Below, piece after piece: positions 27,548 through 36,918 of a stretch of 64,000 bases of DNA. The notes under the pieces are model-generated. The model searched no databases. It worked only from the letters and a program-made list of their open reading frames with translations, and had not been told where the DNA came from. The stretch is from an uncultured virus (IMG/VR IMGVR_UViG_3300020576_003687) (Duplodnaviria > Heunggongvirae > Uroviricota > Caudoviricetes). Location: IMG/VR virus record IMGVR_UViG_3300020576_003687. One strand, 5' to 3'. The number at the start of each line of letters is the position of its first letter. Positions within the stretch are counted from its first letter, which is position 1. The translations under genes were made by a program, and so were the position numbers.

Positions 27548-30500
27548 ACAGCTAGAAGCCGTTGAGCATGTCATGGGACCGTGTTTTGTATGCGCCTGCC
27601 CTGGCTCTGGGAAGTGCATAACTGGAGATTCTATCGTTGTTCTTGACGACGGATTTTCTACTATTGATAATAGCAAGGTTGATTGGATTAGAGCGTTTGA
27701 TTCAGAATCTTTGAATCAAAGTAATTATCGTTCTATAAAAATCACAAATTTTGTTGACTCCGGCATTAAATCCACTCTTAAAGTTACAACTGAACAAGGT
27801 TATTCTATCCAGGGAACTCACCATCATCCTATTGCTATATTAAATAGGAAATGTGAACTAGAATGGAAAAAGCTTGAGGATATCCAAGTTGGGGATATTG
27901 CGGTTCTTCAAATGGAGAAGCAATCTGATAATCCTATAATACGCCATCCAAAATTTTATGATGTTTGGTATGTTCTTGGGTTGATGTTTGGTGATGGTTA
28001 TTTGGTAAGAAAAAATGAACTTAGCATAACAACTAATGATGATGAAATTCAAGCCTCGTTTACTCAGTTCTTTAGAGAACGATTTGATTATACTGTAAAT
28101 GTTTACTATGATAAGAGGCGAATCGGTCTTAGATCTTTAGTTATCTGTTCTAAGGATATAAAAAAGCAATTACAAGATATATTTGGTGATTTTTTTAGTT
28201 TGGCTTGCGATAAGAGGATGACATCGCAAATGCTATCTGCTGGAAGAGGAGAGATAGGCAGCTTTATACAAGGGCTGTTTGATACTGATGGGTATGTTAG
28301 CGGAAATAATGTTGAAATATGTCTTTGTTCTCAAAAGCTTATAGAGCAGCTTCAAACTATTCTTTTGAGATTTGGAGTGTTTTCTTCGCTAAAAACAAAA
28401 GAAGTTGATGGATCTTTATATTATCGTTTACATATTTCAGGCGAAGATATGCGTAGATTTGAGAAGAATATAGGTTTTAGACTTCCTAGAAAACAGAAAC
28501 AACTCAGAGAAATTTGTTGCAAGATTTCTAATCCCAACAGAATTATACCTTTTGCAGATTATTTGGTTTCTCAAATTTATAGTAAAGTAAAATTACAAAA
28601 ACCGGAAAACTACGATCCTAAAACTTCTAATTTTTATGATATCAACGGAGATTTTGTTAGGCTCATAAGATATTGTTCAAAATCCAAAGCTGTATTACGA
28701 GGTTTAACTGAAACGGCAGCTTATAAACTAATATCTGCTTGTGAAGTTGCCAATATTAATTGTATTGCTTTGGATCAATTGAGGTTTTTGGTAGACAATT
28801 TTGGATTTAGTCCGGTTGAATCTGTGGTTGATGGTGGGCCTCAGCATGTTTATGACTATTTTATTGAGGGTTCACATAATTTTGTTGCCAATGGGTTTGT
28901 AAACCATAATACTCGTGTTATTGTTGAAAGAGTTATTCGCCTTATTGAGAAGGGTTATAGCCCCCGTTCTATTCTTTGCATAACATTCACCAATAAAGCT
29001 GCAAACGAAATGAAGGAAAGAGTTTGTAAGCAGCTTGGCGAAACGCAAGGTCAAGAAGTCTATATAAGCACTTTCCACGCTCTTTGCGCAACCATTATCA
29101 GGAAGTATGGCTCCTATATCGGTTATGGACTCAATACCACTATTCTTGACGACGAAGATCAAGAAGGCCTAATGGCTCAGTGCGCTAGACAAGCGGGCCA
29201 TGAATGGAATGCGCAGCAAATAAAGAGCCTTATTTGGAAGGCTAATGAACTTCGAGAAAACCTTATTTCTGAGGACGATTTTCCTTCTCATTTCAAGCAC
29301 GAAGCCGAAGGCGAGGTTTGCAGAGAGTATGTTCTTCGTATGAGAAAGAACAACCAGATAGATTTCAGTGGTTTGTTGTCTGAAACTATTAGACTCCTTG
29401 AAAAGGACGGTTCTGTTCTTTGTAAGTTACAAACTCGTTTTGATTTTATTCAGGTTGACGAAGCTCAAGATACAAACTTTGCTCAGTTTAGAATTGTTCA
29501 GTTAATTGGCGCTCATAATAATGTTCTTATAGTTGGAGACCCGGACCAAGGTATCTACTCTTGGCGTGGCGCTCGTTACAAGAACATAGAAGATTTCATC
29601 AACATCAACAAGGCGAAGGTTGTTAACCTACCTCATAACTATCGATCAACGCCAGAGATTGTCAAAGTTGCTTCAACGCTTATAAAGCACAATAAGAACC
29701 GTCAGCAAACTCTTGAATTCAAGACGGGTAATGAAAGCGGACAGCCTGTTGAATGCATTTGTCTACCAACGCCAGAGCAGGAAGGGGCATGGATTGCTCA
29801 TCGTATTAAGCATATGATTGACAACGAAGGTTATAAGCCGCATGATTTTGCGGTTCTGTATAGAATTAATGCGATGTCGAGAGCTATTGAGCAGGGTCTT
29901 ATGGCTGTTGGCGTAACTTATCAAGTTATTGGAGGCTTTAGCTTCTTTGACCGTTCTGAGATCCGAGACTGTCTTGCAATGTTGCGGTTCATTGTTAATC
30001 CTCTTGATGGAACTGCTTTATCTCGTTTCATCAATAAGCCTTCTCGCCGAATCGGAGAAGTATCTTTGGGTAAGATTGAGAATTTTGCTAACGATCAAGG
30101 TATCAATCTTATGGAGGCCATGAAGCGGGTTAGAGAGTTTGCCTCTGGCAATGATAAAGCAAGGGTTATACAGGGATGCGAAGAAATCCATGCAGCGTTT
30201 TCGTTTGACAGAACTGGTATGTCAATAGGCGATGTTTTGGATAATATCGTTGTTCGATTGGGTTACTATCGTTATCTTGAGTCTAAGTACGAAACAAAAG
30301 AACTTGACGACAGGAAGGATAACGTTCAAGAACTTATCAATGCTTGCGCTTTGTATACAGAAAAGAGAAATAACGATATTGCTGGATACTTGAATAACAT
30401 AGCTTTGCAAACCTCGTCTGATAAGGATACGGAAGAGAATACTGTTTCTCTAATGTCTCTTCACGCCTCAAAGGGCTTGGAGTTCCCTGTCGTATTTATG

Positions 30501-30746
30501 CCTGGTCTTGAAGAAGGTCAGCTTCCTCATAAGCGAGCCTTGATGGAAAGAGACGGCTTAGACGAAGAGCGAAGACTTTGTTATGTTGGAATGACAAGAG
30601 CGCAACAAAGATTGATTGTTTCTTTTGCGGATACGAGAATGCAGCGATTCAAGAATGGCGGTATATCTTTCGAGCCGACTAAAAAGAGTCGTTTTCTTCA
30701 AGAATCAGGGCTTGCTAATACAATAAGAACGATCCGCGCAAGATAA
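27486..30746 (+). CDS. uvrD: UvrD/PcrA helicase with intein
   Basis: LNPEQLEAV, ACPGSGK|intein|TRV, ITFTNKAANEM, STFHA, VDEAQD, VGDPDQ.IY.WRGA, NYRS, HASKGLEF, EERRLCYVGMTRA. Confidence 0.95.
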   Translation: MSSNQSVPAEGVRRKISLNPEQLEAVEHVMGPCFVCACPGSGKCITGDSIVVLDDGFSTIDNSKVDWIRAFDSESLNQSNYRSIKITNFVDSGIKSTLKVTTEQGYSIQGTHHHPIAILNRKCELEWKKLEDIQVGDIAVLQMEKQSDNPIIRHPKFYDVWYVLGLMFGDGYLVRKNELSITTNDDEIQASFTQFFRERFDYTVNVYYDKRRIGLRSLVICSKDIKKQLQDIFGDFFSLACDKRMTSQMLSAGRGEIGSFIQGLFDTDGYVSGNNVEICLCSQKLIEQLQTILLRFGVFSSLKTKEVDGSLYYRLHISGEDMRRFEKNIGFRLPRKQKQLREICCKISNPNRIIPFADYLVSQIYSKVKLQKPENYDPKTSNFYDINGDFVRLIRYCSKSKAVLRGLTETAAYKLISACEVANINCIALDQLRFLVDNFGFSPVESVVDGGPQHVYDYFIEGSHNFVANGFVNHNTRVIVERVIRLIEKGYSPRSILCITFTNKAANEMKERVCKQLGETQGQEVYISTFHALCATIIRKYGSYIGYGLNTTILDDEDQEGLMAQCARQAGHEWNAQQIKSLIWKANELRENLISEDDFPSHFKHEAEGEVCREYVLRMRKNNQIDFSGLLSETIRLLEKDGSVLCKLQTRFDFIQVDEAQDTNFAQFRIVQLIGAHNNVLIVGDPDQGIYSWRGARYKNIEDFININKAKVVNLPHNYRSTPEIVKVASTLIKHNKNRQQTLEFKTGNESGQPVECICLPTPEQEGAWIAHRIKHMIDNEGYKPHDFAVLYRINAMSRAIEQGLMAVGVTYQVIGGFSFFDRSEIRDCLAMLRFIVNPLDGTALSRFINKPSRRIGEVSLGKIENFANDQGINLMEAMKRVREFASGNDKARVIQGCEEIHAAFSFDRTGMSIGDVLDNIVVRLGYYRYLESKYETKELDDRKDNVQELINACALYTEKRNNDIAGYLNNIALQTSSDKDTEENTVSLMSLHASKGLEFPVVFMPGLEEGQLPHKRALMERDGLDEERRLCYVGMTRAQQRLIVSFADTRMQRFKNGGISFEPTKKSRFLQESGLANTIRTIRAR
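27615..28910 (+). mobile_element. Intein with LAGLIDADG endonuclease in UvrD Walker A
   Basis: Starts CITGDS after GSGK; GTHHH block B; VLGLMFGDG and FIQGLFDTDG; ends HNFVANGFVNHN before Thr; 432 aa. Confidence 0.93.
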
Positions 30747-30766
30747 ATATTGACAAGACAAAGAAA

Positions 30767-31504
30767 TTAAATAGCCCCATCTTTTCTGGTATGATATCCT
30801 GTACGGAAGTAAACTTCCGTACCATGAATGCCTATTTTATTTAGTTCTCTTACTTGTTTGTATAATCGCTCCCTCCATTCTACAACTTCTTGTGGAGAAG
30901 TTCTAACCCTCCCGTCTTTCCCTTTTCTTTGCTCTTCTAAGACTATTTCAACAAGTTTTTTAGGTATACGAGGTTTACTGGCTAAGTGATAAGCTCCTTT
31001 CACAGAAAGTAAAAGGCCGTTTTTTACTGCTTGAGATACTGAGCTTAGATTTTTGTACCCCAAGATATGACAAACTTCTTGGCTACTAAGAAGTTCGTCA
31101 TTTTTCCAGTTTGGATATTTTTGACTGAACCAGTAACTGTGCATTAGATACTTGCGATTTCTGGTCTCTTCTAATTCTAGAATAATTTTGGCTTGTTGTT
31201 TCTTTACAACAAGAAAAGGAAGCAAGGTTTTACAGAAAGCAATAGCTTGCTGATTGTTACATTCAAAAACAAAGAGTTCTTTGCTGTTTTCTGATTGTCC
31301 TTTTTCTTTTCTCAGGCTACCTCTAAAAATGGAGTGTAATAGATTTGGAATTTGAGGAGTTACTTGTTTTAGTCCAACTTTTGCTTGATAAGTAGGATAA
31401 TAACAGTCTTTGATGACTCTTGTTTTGTAATCTGATTTTTTTATTGAAAACCAACCATCAGAGTCCATTGCTCCTGCCAGATAGGCTAAGGTTTCGTTCT
31501 TCAT
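30767..31504 (-). CDS. Free-standing single-motif LAGLIDADG homing endonuclease with HTH-like insertion
   Basis: LAYLAGAMDSDGWFSI, LLPFLVVKKQQA, RERLY..VRELN; LLSSQEVCHILG resembles an excisionase-type HTH; SD GGAGG on the minus strand. Confidence 0.85.
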   Translation of the reverse strand: MKNETLAYLAGAMDSDGWFSIKKSDYKTRVIKDCYYPTYQAKVGLKQVTPQIPNLLHSIFRGSLRKEKGQSENSKELFVFECNNQQAIAFCKTLLPFLVVKKQQAKIILELEETRNRKYLMHSYWFSQKYPNWKNDELLSSQEVCHILGYKNLSSVSQAVKNGLLLSVKGAYHLASKPRIPKKLVEIVLEEQRKGKDGRVRTSPQEVVEWRERLYKQVRELNKIGIHGTEVYFRTGYHTRKDGAI

Positions 31505-31562
31505 ACATCCTCCGTATAACAGTATATTTTACTATTTCTTTCATATGGTCGATAATCCCTTT

Positions 31563-32563
31563 ATGGCAAACTATGAATTATTATGCGGTGATACGGAAGG
31601 AGTGTTGGGCGGAATGAGTCCCAATAGCGTTCATGCTATTGTGACTTCTCCGCCCTATTAGCTTATTATCAGTTGCGAGATTATGACTTTCAAGATCAGA
31701 TTGGTCTTGAAAAGACTCCTGACGAATATATAGCTAAGCTTGTTAGCGTGTTTTCTGCCGCTAAACGTGTTCTTAGAAATGACGGAACTGTATGGCTTAA
31801 TATAGGCGATACTTACGCAAGAACTTCCGGCGAAGGATATAAGAAGGGAGATCTTTTAGGGATTCCCTGGATGCTTGCTTTTGCTTTGAGAAAAGACGGT
31901 TGGTTTTTGAGAAGCGCTATAATTTGGGCCAAACCCAATCCTTTACCTGGAGGAGTCACAGATAGACCTGTTTCTTCGCATGAGTATTTGTTTCTTCTTG
32001 GTAAGTCTGAAAACTATTATTATGATCAAGAGTCTATAAAAGAAAACGCTGTTGAGCGTAATTCTGATGGTTCTTTTAAGAGACGAATTAAGAGGGACGT
32101 TTGGACTGTCCCTGTTGCGTCTTTTAAGGGCGCTCATTTTGCTGTTTTTCCTCAAGGCTTGGTTGAGCCTTGTATTTTGGCTTCAACTAGCGGTCATGGT
32201 TGTTGTAAAGTATGCGGTTCTCCTTATGAGAGACAAGTTCAGAAAAATCGCTATTCAACTCGCCCTGGCATACATAATAAGGTTGATAAGAAGGGTTTTG
32301 CAAATAGGGATTCGGGAAGGCATCTAACTGATACAAAGACTGTCGGATGGTTGAAAACTTGTAGTTGCGAAACAAATGAAGTTGACAAAAGCGTGGTTCT
32401 TGATATTTTCTGTGGTTCAGGTACGACAGGTGTTATAGCCTTGCAAAATGGGCGGAAGTTCATTGGAATAGATGGTAAACAAGAGTATTTGAATATGGCG
32501 AAGAACCGCCTTATAAGAGAAGAAGAAGTAATAGGAGTTTTGAATGCATCTAAGGGACTTTAA
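31563..32563 (+). CDS. Beta-class N4C DNA methyltransferase split by stop + frame change right after SPPY (bypass candidate or pseudogene)
   Basis: 31563-31658 encodes MANYELLCGD...VHAIVTSPPY then TAG; another frame continues YYQLRDY..QIGLE.TP..YI, HFAVFP..LVEPCI, VLDIFCGSGTTG. Confidence 0.8.
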
Positions 32564-33299
32564 GGACAAACACAAAGGTAAGCTTGGTTTTATCGTTGGC
32601 GCAGGCCCTTCTTTGCGGCATGTTGAAACAGACAGCCTAAAAGATTATGTTGTTTTTACGTCTAACTCTGGTTTGTTGAAGTTTCCTAACTGCGATTATT
32701 TTGTAACCGATGATAATGGCGTTTGTAGTTGGAACTATTGGCAAGTAACGGCTAAGCAAAGCAAGTGCATGAAGCTTCTTTATAGGGAAAAGCTTCAAGG
32801 TCATGAGTCTATTTTTAGGCCAGAAGAAGTTCTCTTTTATGATCATGTAGGATGGGCCTCTTCAGGTCCAAACGGGTTGATTTACCATAAAGAGAATGTT
32901 GTTATGACGGACGATCCAGAAAAGCCAATTATGGGAGCAAGAACGTCTGCTGCTTCAGCGATGCATATTGCTTATATTATGGGATGCGATCCTATTGTTC
33001 TTCTTGGTATGGATGGTTGTTATGAAGGAAGAAATAGGTATTACTGGCAGTTTCCTAATCAACCCAAGGCTATAGAGTATAACAATCGTATATTTTCAAC
33101 ACCGAATCGAGGGTTGCTCAGAGATAAACCTGTCGATAATCACTGTGTTGCATATGACTTGTATTGGAATCATTTTGCTGAAATGAACCCAAGTCTGATG
33201 CAAGGAAGAATTCTTAATGCCTCGGGTGGAATTGTTGAGGTTTTTCCAAGAATTAGTTTGTCCGAAGTTCTTAAAACATATGGAGATAGAAAGAAATGA
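32544..33299 (+). CDS. Maf/DUF115-like putative nonulosonic acid transferase
   Basis: FKDKHKGK.GFIVGAGPSL, AMHIAYIMGCDPIVLLGMD, ILNAS; next to neuA/neuB. Confidence 0.65.
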   Translation: MHLRDFKDKHKGKLGFIVGAGPSLRHVETDSLKDYVVFTSNSGLLKFPNCDYFVTDDNGVCSWNYWQVTAKQSKCMKLLYREKLQGHESIFRPEEVLFYDHVGWASSGPNGLIYHKENVVMTDDPEKPIMGARTSAASAMHIAYIMGCDPIVLLGMDGCYEGRNRYYWQFPNQPKAIEYNNRIFSTPNRGLLRDKPVDNHCVAYDLYWNHFAEMNPSLMQGRILNASGGIVEVFPRISLSEVLKTYGDRKK

Positions 33300-33754
33300 A
33301 GAAGACGCAAAACAAAAAGTCAGTAAGGAAAACTTCTAGTCGAAAAAAGAATTCTAAGAAGTTATCAAAAAAGAAATTGAGAGAGCAAATTGTCAAACTT
33401 CAGTTTGATAAGTTTGCTAAAATGTTCGAAGACGCAGAAGAGTTTTCGAGAAGGTTACATGATAAGAAGAAAGAGTTTGAGGCCTTGAATAAGGAGGCTT
33501 GGGAAGAGCAAAGAAGGCGTCTAACCGAAGCTTGTCCTAAAAAGGAAAAGGAAAAAGAAAAGCCTAAGAGTTCAGTTTGCGAGAATAGAGCCGAAGCTTG
33601 TATTCATAAGTTGTTGGAAATTATTACATCACAAGAGCCTCCCTCGATTAGACTGAATAAGGCGTATGAGTATTTGGAAGATTGCTTTAGCCCTTTACCT
33701 GAATTTGTTCCCAATATGTTGATTGAAGTATGCTCCCCGACAAATCAAAAGTAA
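33296..33754 (+). CDS. Hypothetical Lys-rich protein
   Basis: ATGA-coupled 152-aa ORF. Confidence 0.5.
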   Translation: MKKTQNKKSVRKTSSRKKNSKKLSKKKLREQIVKLQFDKFAKMFEDAEEFSRRLHDKKKEFEALNKEAWEEQRRRLTEACPKKEKEKEKPKSSVCENRAEACIHKLLEIITSQEPPSIRLNKAYEYLEDCFSPLPEFVPNMLIEVCSPTNQK

Positions 33755-34458
33755 TAGCGTTCATTCCTGGCAAGACGGCTTCTATTGGTCTTCCCGGAAA
33801 GATGTTCAAAAAGATTGGTCAACACTCTCTTTTAGAGTGGACATTACTTGCTGCAACACAAAGTAAGTACATAGATGAAATAGTTGTTTCAGCAATTGAC
33901 CCTTTGGTTTTTGAAGTATTTAACAAGTTTGCTTCTGAACATACAGAGAAGGTATTTAGGGCGATTGAAAGACCGGCAGAACTTTGCTCTGCGACAAGTA
34001 AGACTGAGCAAGCTATTAGTCATTTGTTTAACAACTATCCGTATTATTCTGATTTTAGCTATTTAGTTATGTTGCAGGCAACGTCTCCTGCAAGAAGAAA
34101 TGGATTGATAGATAAATGCTTTGATAAGCTTATTGATACGAATGCTGATAGCTTATTAACAGTTACCGCTTCAACTCCTTTCTTTTGGAAGAAAACAGGA
34201 GTTGGTCATGCTTATACTCCAACTTATGACGTACTCAATAGACCAATGAGGCAAGAGCTTTTTGATAGAGATTACTATTATCACGATAATGGGAATGTTT
34301 ACATAACAAGGGTTGAAAAGTATCTAGAATCTCGTTGTAGGGTTTCTGGAACTGTTGAGATTTATCCGACCGACAAGTTTGAAAGTCTTCAAATTGACAA
34401 TGCAGAAGACCTCATAATGATGCAGTCATTGCATGATTATTATGGAAGTTGTTTATGA
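33730..34458 (+). CDS. neuA: Acylneuraminate (CMP-nonulosonate) cytidylyltransferase
   Basis: AFIPGKTASIGLPGKM, ERPAEL, MLQATSP.R, RPMRQE, YHDNGNVYI, SLQIDNAED. Confidence 0.85.
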   Translation: MLPDKSKVIAFIPGKTASIGLPGKMFKKIGQHSLLEWTLLAATQSKYIDEIVVSAIDPLVFEVFNKFASEHTEKVFRAIERPAELCSATSKTEQAISHLFNNYPYYSDFSYLVMLQATSPARRNGLIDKCFDKLIDTNADSLLTVTASTPFFWKKTGVGHAYTPTYDVLNRPMRQELFDRDYYYHDNGNVYITRVEKYLESRCRVSGTVEIYPTDKFESLQIDNAEDLIMMQSLHDYYGSCL

Positions 34459-35312
34459 ATGTTACAGCAAAAGTTGTTGCAGAAGTTGGATGTGTTCATC
34501 TTGGCTCTATGCAAAGAGCTAAGGATTTGGCGAGTCTTGCCAAACTTTGCGGCGCTGATTATGTAAAGTTTCAAAAGAGGAATCCCGAGGAAAGCGTACC
34601 AGAATCTCTTAAGCACAAACCTCATCCTAATCAGATATTCGCTTATGGTCCTACATATCTTGAGCATCGTAAAGCTCTTGAGTTTTCAATAGATCAGCAT
34701 TTAGAGCTTATGTCTTATTGTCAAGGAATTGGCATTAAGTATTCTTCCTCTGTTTGGGATATGACTTCTGCCAAGGAAATTGTTTCCTTGAATCCCGAGT
34801 TTATCAAGATACCAAGTGCATGTAATCAAAATTTCAAGATGTTGGAATACCTTCTGTGTAACTATAAAGGCGATATTCACATCTCAACGGGTATGACTTT
34901 TGACCATGAGAAGATTCGTATTTTTGATTACATAAAGCCTTATCCAAGCCGTTTTGTTGTCTATCATTGTACAAGTCTTTATCCTTGTCCATTTGAAAAA
35001 CTATATTTAATGAATATTAGAGGTTTGTCGAAGCTTGCTAATGAGTACAATTTTGAGGTTGGATTTTCTAATCATGGTTATGGTATAGCGGCTGATATAG
35101 CTGCGTATGTTCTTGGTGCTACGTTTATAGAGAGACATTTTGTTGACGATAGAACCCTTCGTCATACCGACGCTGCTGCGAGCCTTGAGCCTGAGGGTTT
35201 ACGGAAGTTGTGTCGAGATTTGAAAAATGTTGCAAAGGCTATGGAATTTTCAGGTCCAGAGCCAACCGCAGAAGAAATGGTTGAAAGATCTAAATTGAGG
35301 GTTGAAGAATGA
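34455..35312 (+). CDS. neuB: N-acetylneuraminate/KDN-9-P synthase family (no C-terminal SAF/AFP domain)
   Basis: VAEVGCVHLG, GADYVKFQKR, IKIPSA, ISTGM, YHCTSLYP, VGFSNH, IERHF, DAAASLEP. Confidence 0.9.
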   Translation: MNVTAKVVAEVGCVHLGSMQRAKDLASLAKLCGADYVKFQKRNPEESVPESLKHKPHPNQIFAYGPTYLEHRKALEFSIDQHLELMSYCQGIGIKYSSSVWDMTSAKEIVSLNPEFIKIPSACNQNFKMLEYLLCNYKGDIHISTGMTFDHEKIRIFDYIKPYPSRFVVYHCTSLYPCPFEKLYLMNIRGLSKLANEYNFEVGFSNHGYGIAADIAAYVLGATFIERHFVDDRTLRHTDAAASLEPEGLRKLCRDLKNVAKAMEFSGPEPTAEEMVERSKLRVEE

Positions 35313-35797
35313 GTATTGAAGCTGTAAAACTGATAGCCATAGACGTAGATGGAACTCTTACTGATGGAAACTATTACATCAATGAGGCGGGTGATCTATA
35401 TAAGAACTTTTTTACAAGAGATATGTATGCAATAGATCAAGCTGCCAAGAATGGTTTTCAGATAGTTTTTGTAACAGGTTCAAGAGATAGAGTAATCTAT
35501 GCCAAAGTAGGCAAAAAGTATCCAATTTTGTCTGGTTGCGAGAATAAGTTTGCAAAACTGAGCGAGTATATAGTTGAAAATGGGTTGAGTTGGGAAGAGG
35601 TTGCTTACATTGGTGACGCGGAGAATGACCATAAGTGTATTGTTGAAGCAGCTTTTTCTGGATGTCCTTCTGACGCCGTACCTGAAATTGTTGAGCATTC
35701 CGTTTATTCTTCTCACTGTCCTGGCGGTAAGGGTGCGGTTTACGATGTTATCAGATATTTTTACAGACTTCGCAAGATTCCTTGGACTTTAGAGTAG
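35309..35797 (+). CDS. KdsC/YrbI-family HAD phosphatase
   Basis: IDVDGTLTDG, F.TRD, VTG, VAYIGD.END, CPSDA, GGKGAV. Confidence 0.88.
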   Translation: MSIEAVKLIAIDVDGTLTDGNYYINEAGDLYKNFFTRDMYAIDQAAKNGFQIVFVTGSRDRVIYAKVGKKYPILSGCENKFAKLSEYIVENGLSWEEVAYIGDAENDHKCIVEAAFSGCPSDAVPEIVEHSVYSSHCPGGKGAVYDVIRYFYRLRKIPWTLE

Positions 35798-35847
35798 TTC
35801 TAGAGGATTGATTTGCCCAAAGTTAGAACTATTGACGAGGGCGAATC

Positions 35848-36141
35848 ATGCATAAAAACTTCATCTATCTTGAAGAGTATAGTGCCGAGTTCAGGCAAGG
35901 CTATGACGTTGCCAATGTTATCAGCGCAATGAAAGAGCTTCTTAGACTTTTCTACATTGATAACTCAACCAAAAAGTTGCATGTTTGTATTCATAAGGAT
36001 AGTCTTTCAGCCTGCGAAGGAATCTGCGCAGAGAATTTGTTTCATACTGAACTAAAAGATCCGGAGAAAACTGACGAAAATACAAAGGCGGACAATGAGA
36101 TTTGGCTCATGATAACTCCGTCTAAGATGATAAAGCACTAA
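35848..36141 (+). CDS. Hypothetical protein
   Basis: 97-aa ORF preceded by GACGA-N9. Confidence 0.55.
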   Translation: MHKNFIYLEEYSAEFRQGYDVANVISAMKELLRLFYIDNSTKKLHVCIHKDSLSACEGICAENLFHTELKDPEKTDENTKADNEIWLMITPSKMIKH

Positions 36142-36144
36142 GGT

Positions 36145-36918
36145 ATGACAAGACCAAATTCTGAGAATATATGTTTCACAACAACGGCGATGCCTCGTCC
36201 TGAGCTTCTTGTTAAAACATATGCTTCTTTCAAACAGCATCTTCCCTGGCTTGACTTGAAGAAATGTCCATTGTTTATCAATGTTGATTATTTCCCTCAT
36301 TATTACGAAGATCATGCTCAGCGAGTTCAATCTGTTATTGATATTGCCAAAGAGTATTTTGGCGAAGTAACGGCAAACATTCAGGAGAGAGGGAATTTTC
36401 CTGCTGCTGTTAAGTGGATTTTTTCGAATGTAAATAGAGAATTCGTTTTCAATTTAGAAGACGATTGGGAGCTTCTTTGCGACATACCTGAATATGTCGC
36501 TTCTTTTTTTGATGACCCAAAGATTATACAGGTTGGCTTTAGAGCTTGGAAGAAATCCGATCCTCGTTTTGTTCTTAGTCCGTCAATTTTGAAGGCTTCT
36601 TTCTGCCATAAGGTTGCTGCTGAGATGCATACAAAACGTAATCCAGAATGGCAGATTAGGGGTCTCAATCCATATAAGGTTCAGGAATCGTTTATATATT
36701 GGCCTTATGAAGACGACAAAATTATTCTTAGAGACTTAGGAAGGACATGGATGAAGGATACTCCATTTGCAAGAGGTCTAGACACTTGGACTTCTTGGGA
36801 ATTTGTTCCCAATGTTATTATAAGAGCAAGGGAACAGTTGATACAAGATCAAAATATTGAGATAGATATATCAAAGCTTGATGGTAATTTTAGAGGTAAA
36901 GATGTACCCAATAACTGA
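36145..36918 (+). CDS. Putative GT-A fold glycosyltransferase (paralog 1)
   Basis: FTTTAMPRPEL, INVD, NFPAAVKW, FNLEDDWEL. Confidence 0.6.
   Translation: MTRPNSENICFTTTAMPRPELLVKTYASFKQHLPWLDLKKCPLFINVDYFPHYYEDHAQRVQSVIDIAKEYFGEVTANIQERGNFPAAVKWIFSNVNREFVFNLEDDWELLCDIPEYVASFFDDPKIIQVGFRAWKKSDPRFVLSPSILKASFCHKVAAEMHTKRNPEWQIRGLNPYKVQESFIYWPYEDDKIILRDLGRTWMKDTPFARGLDTWTSWEFVPNVIIRAREQLIQDQNIEIDISKLDGNFRGKDVPNN

Noticed and set aside
31420..31617. 65-aa plus-strand ORF
   Set aside because: Overlaps the HEG start and is out of frame with the real methyltransferase N-terminus starting at 31563.
35795..35831. Inverted repeat TAGTTCTA/TAGAACTA as a terminator
   Set aside because: Only 8 AT-rich bp with a long loop and no U tail.
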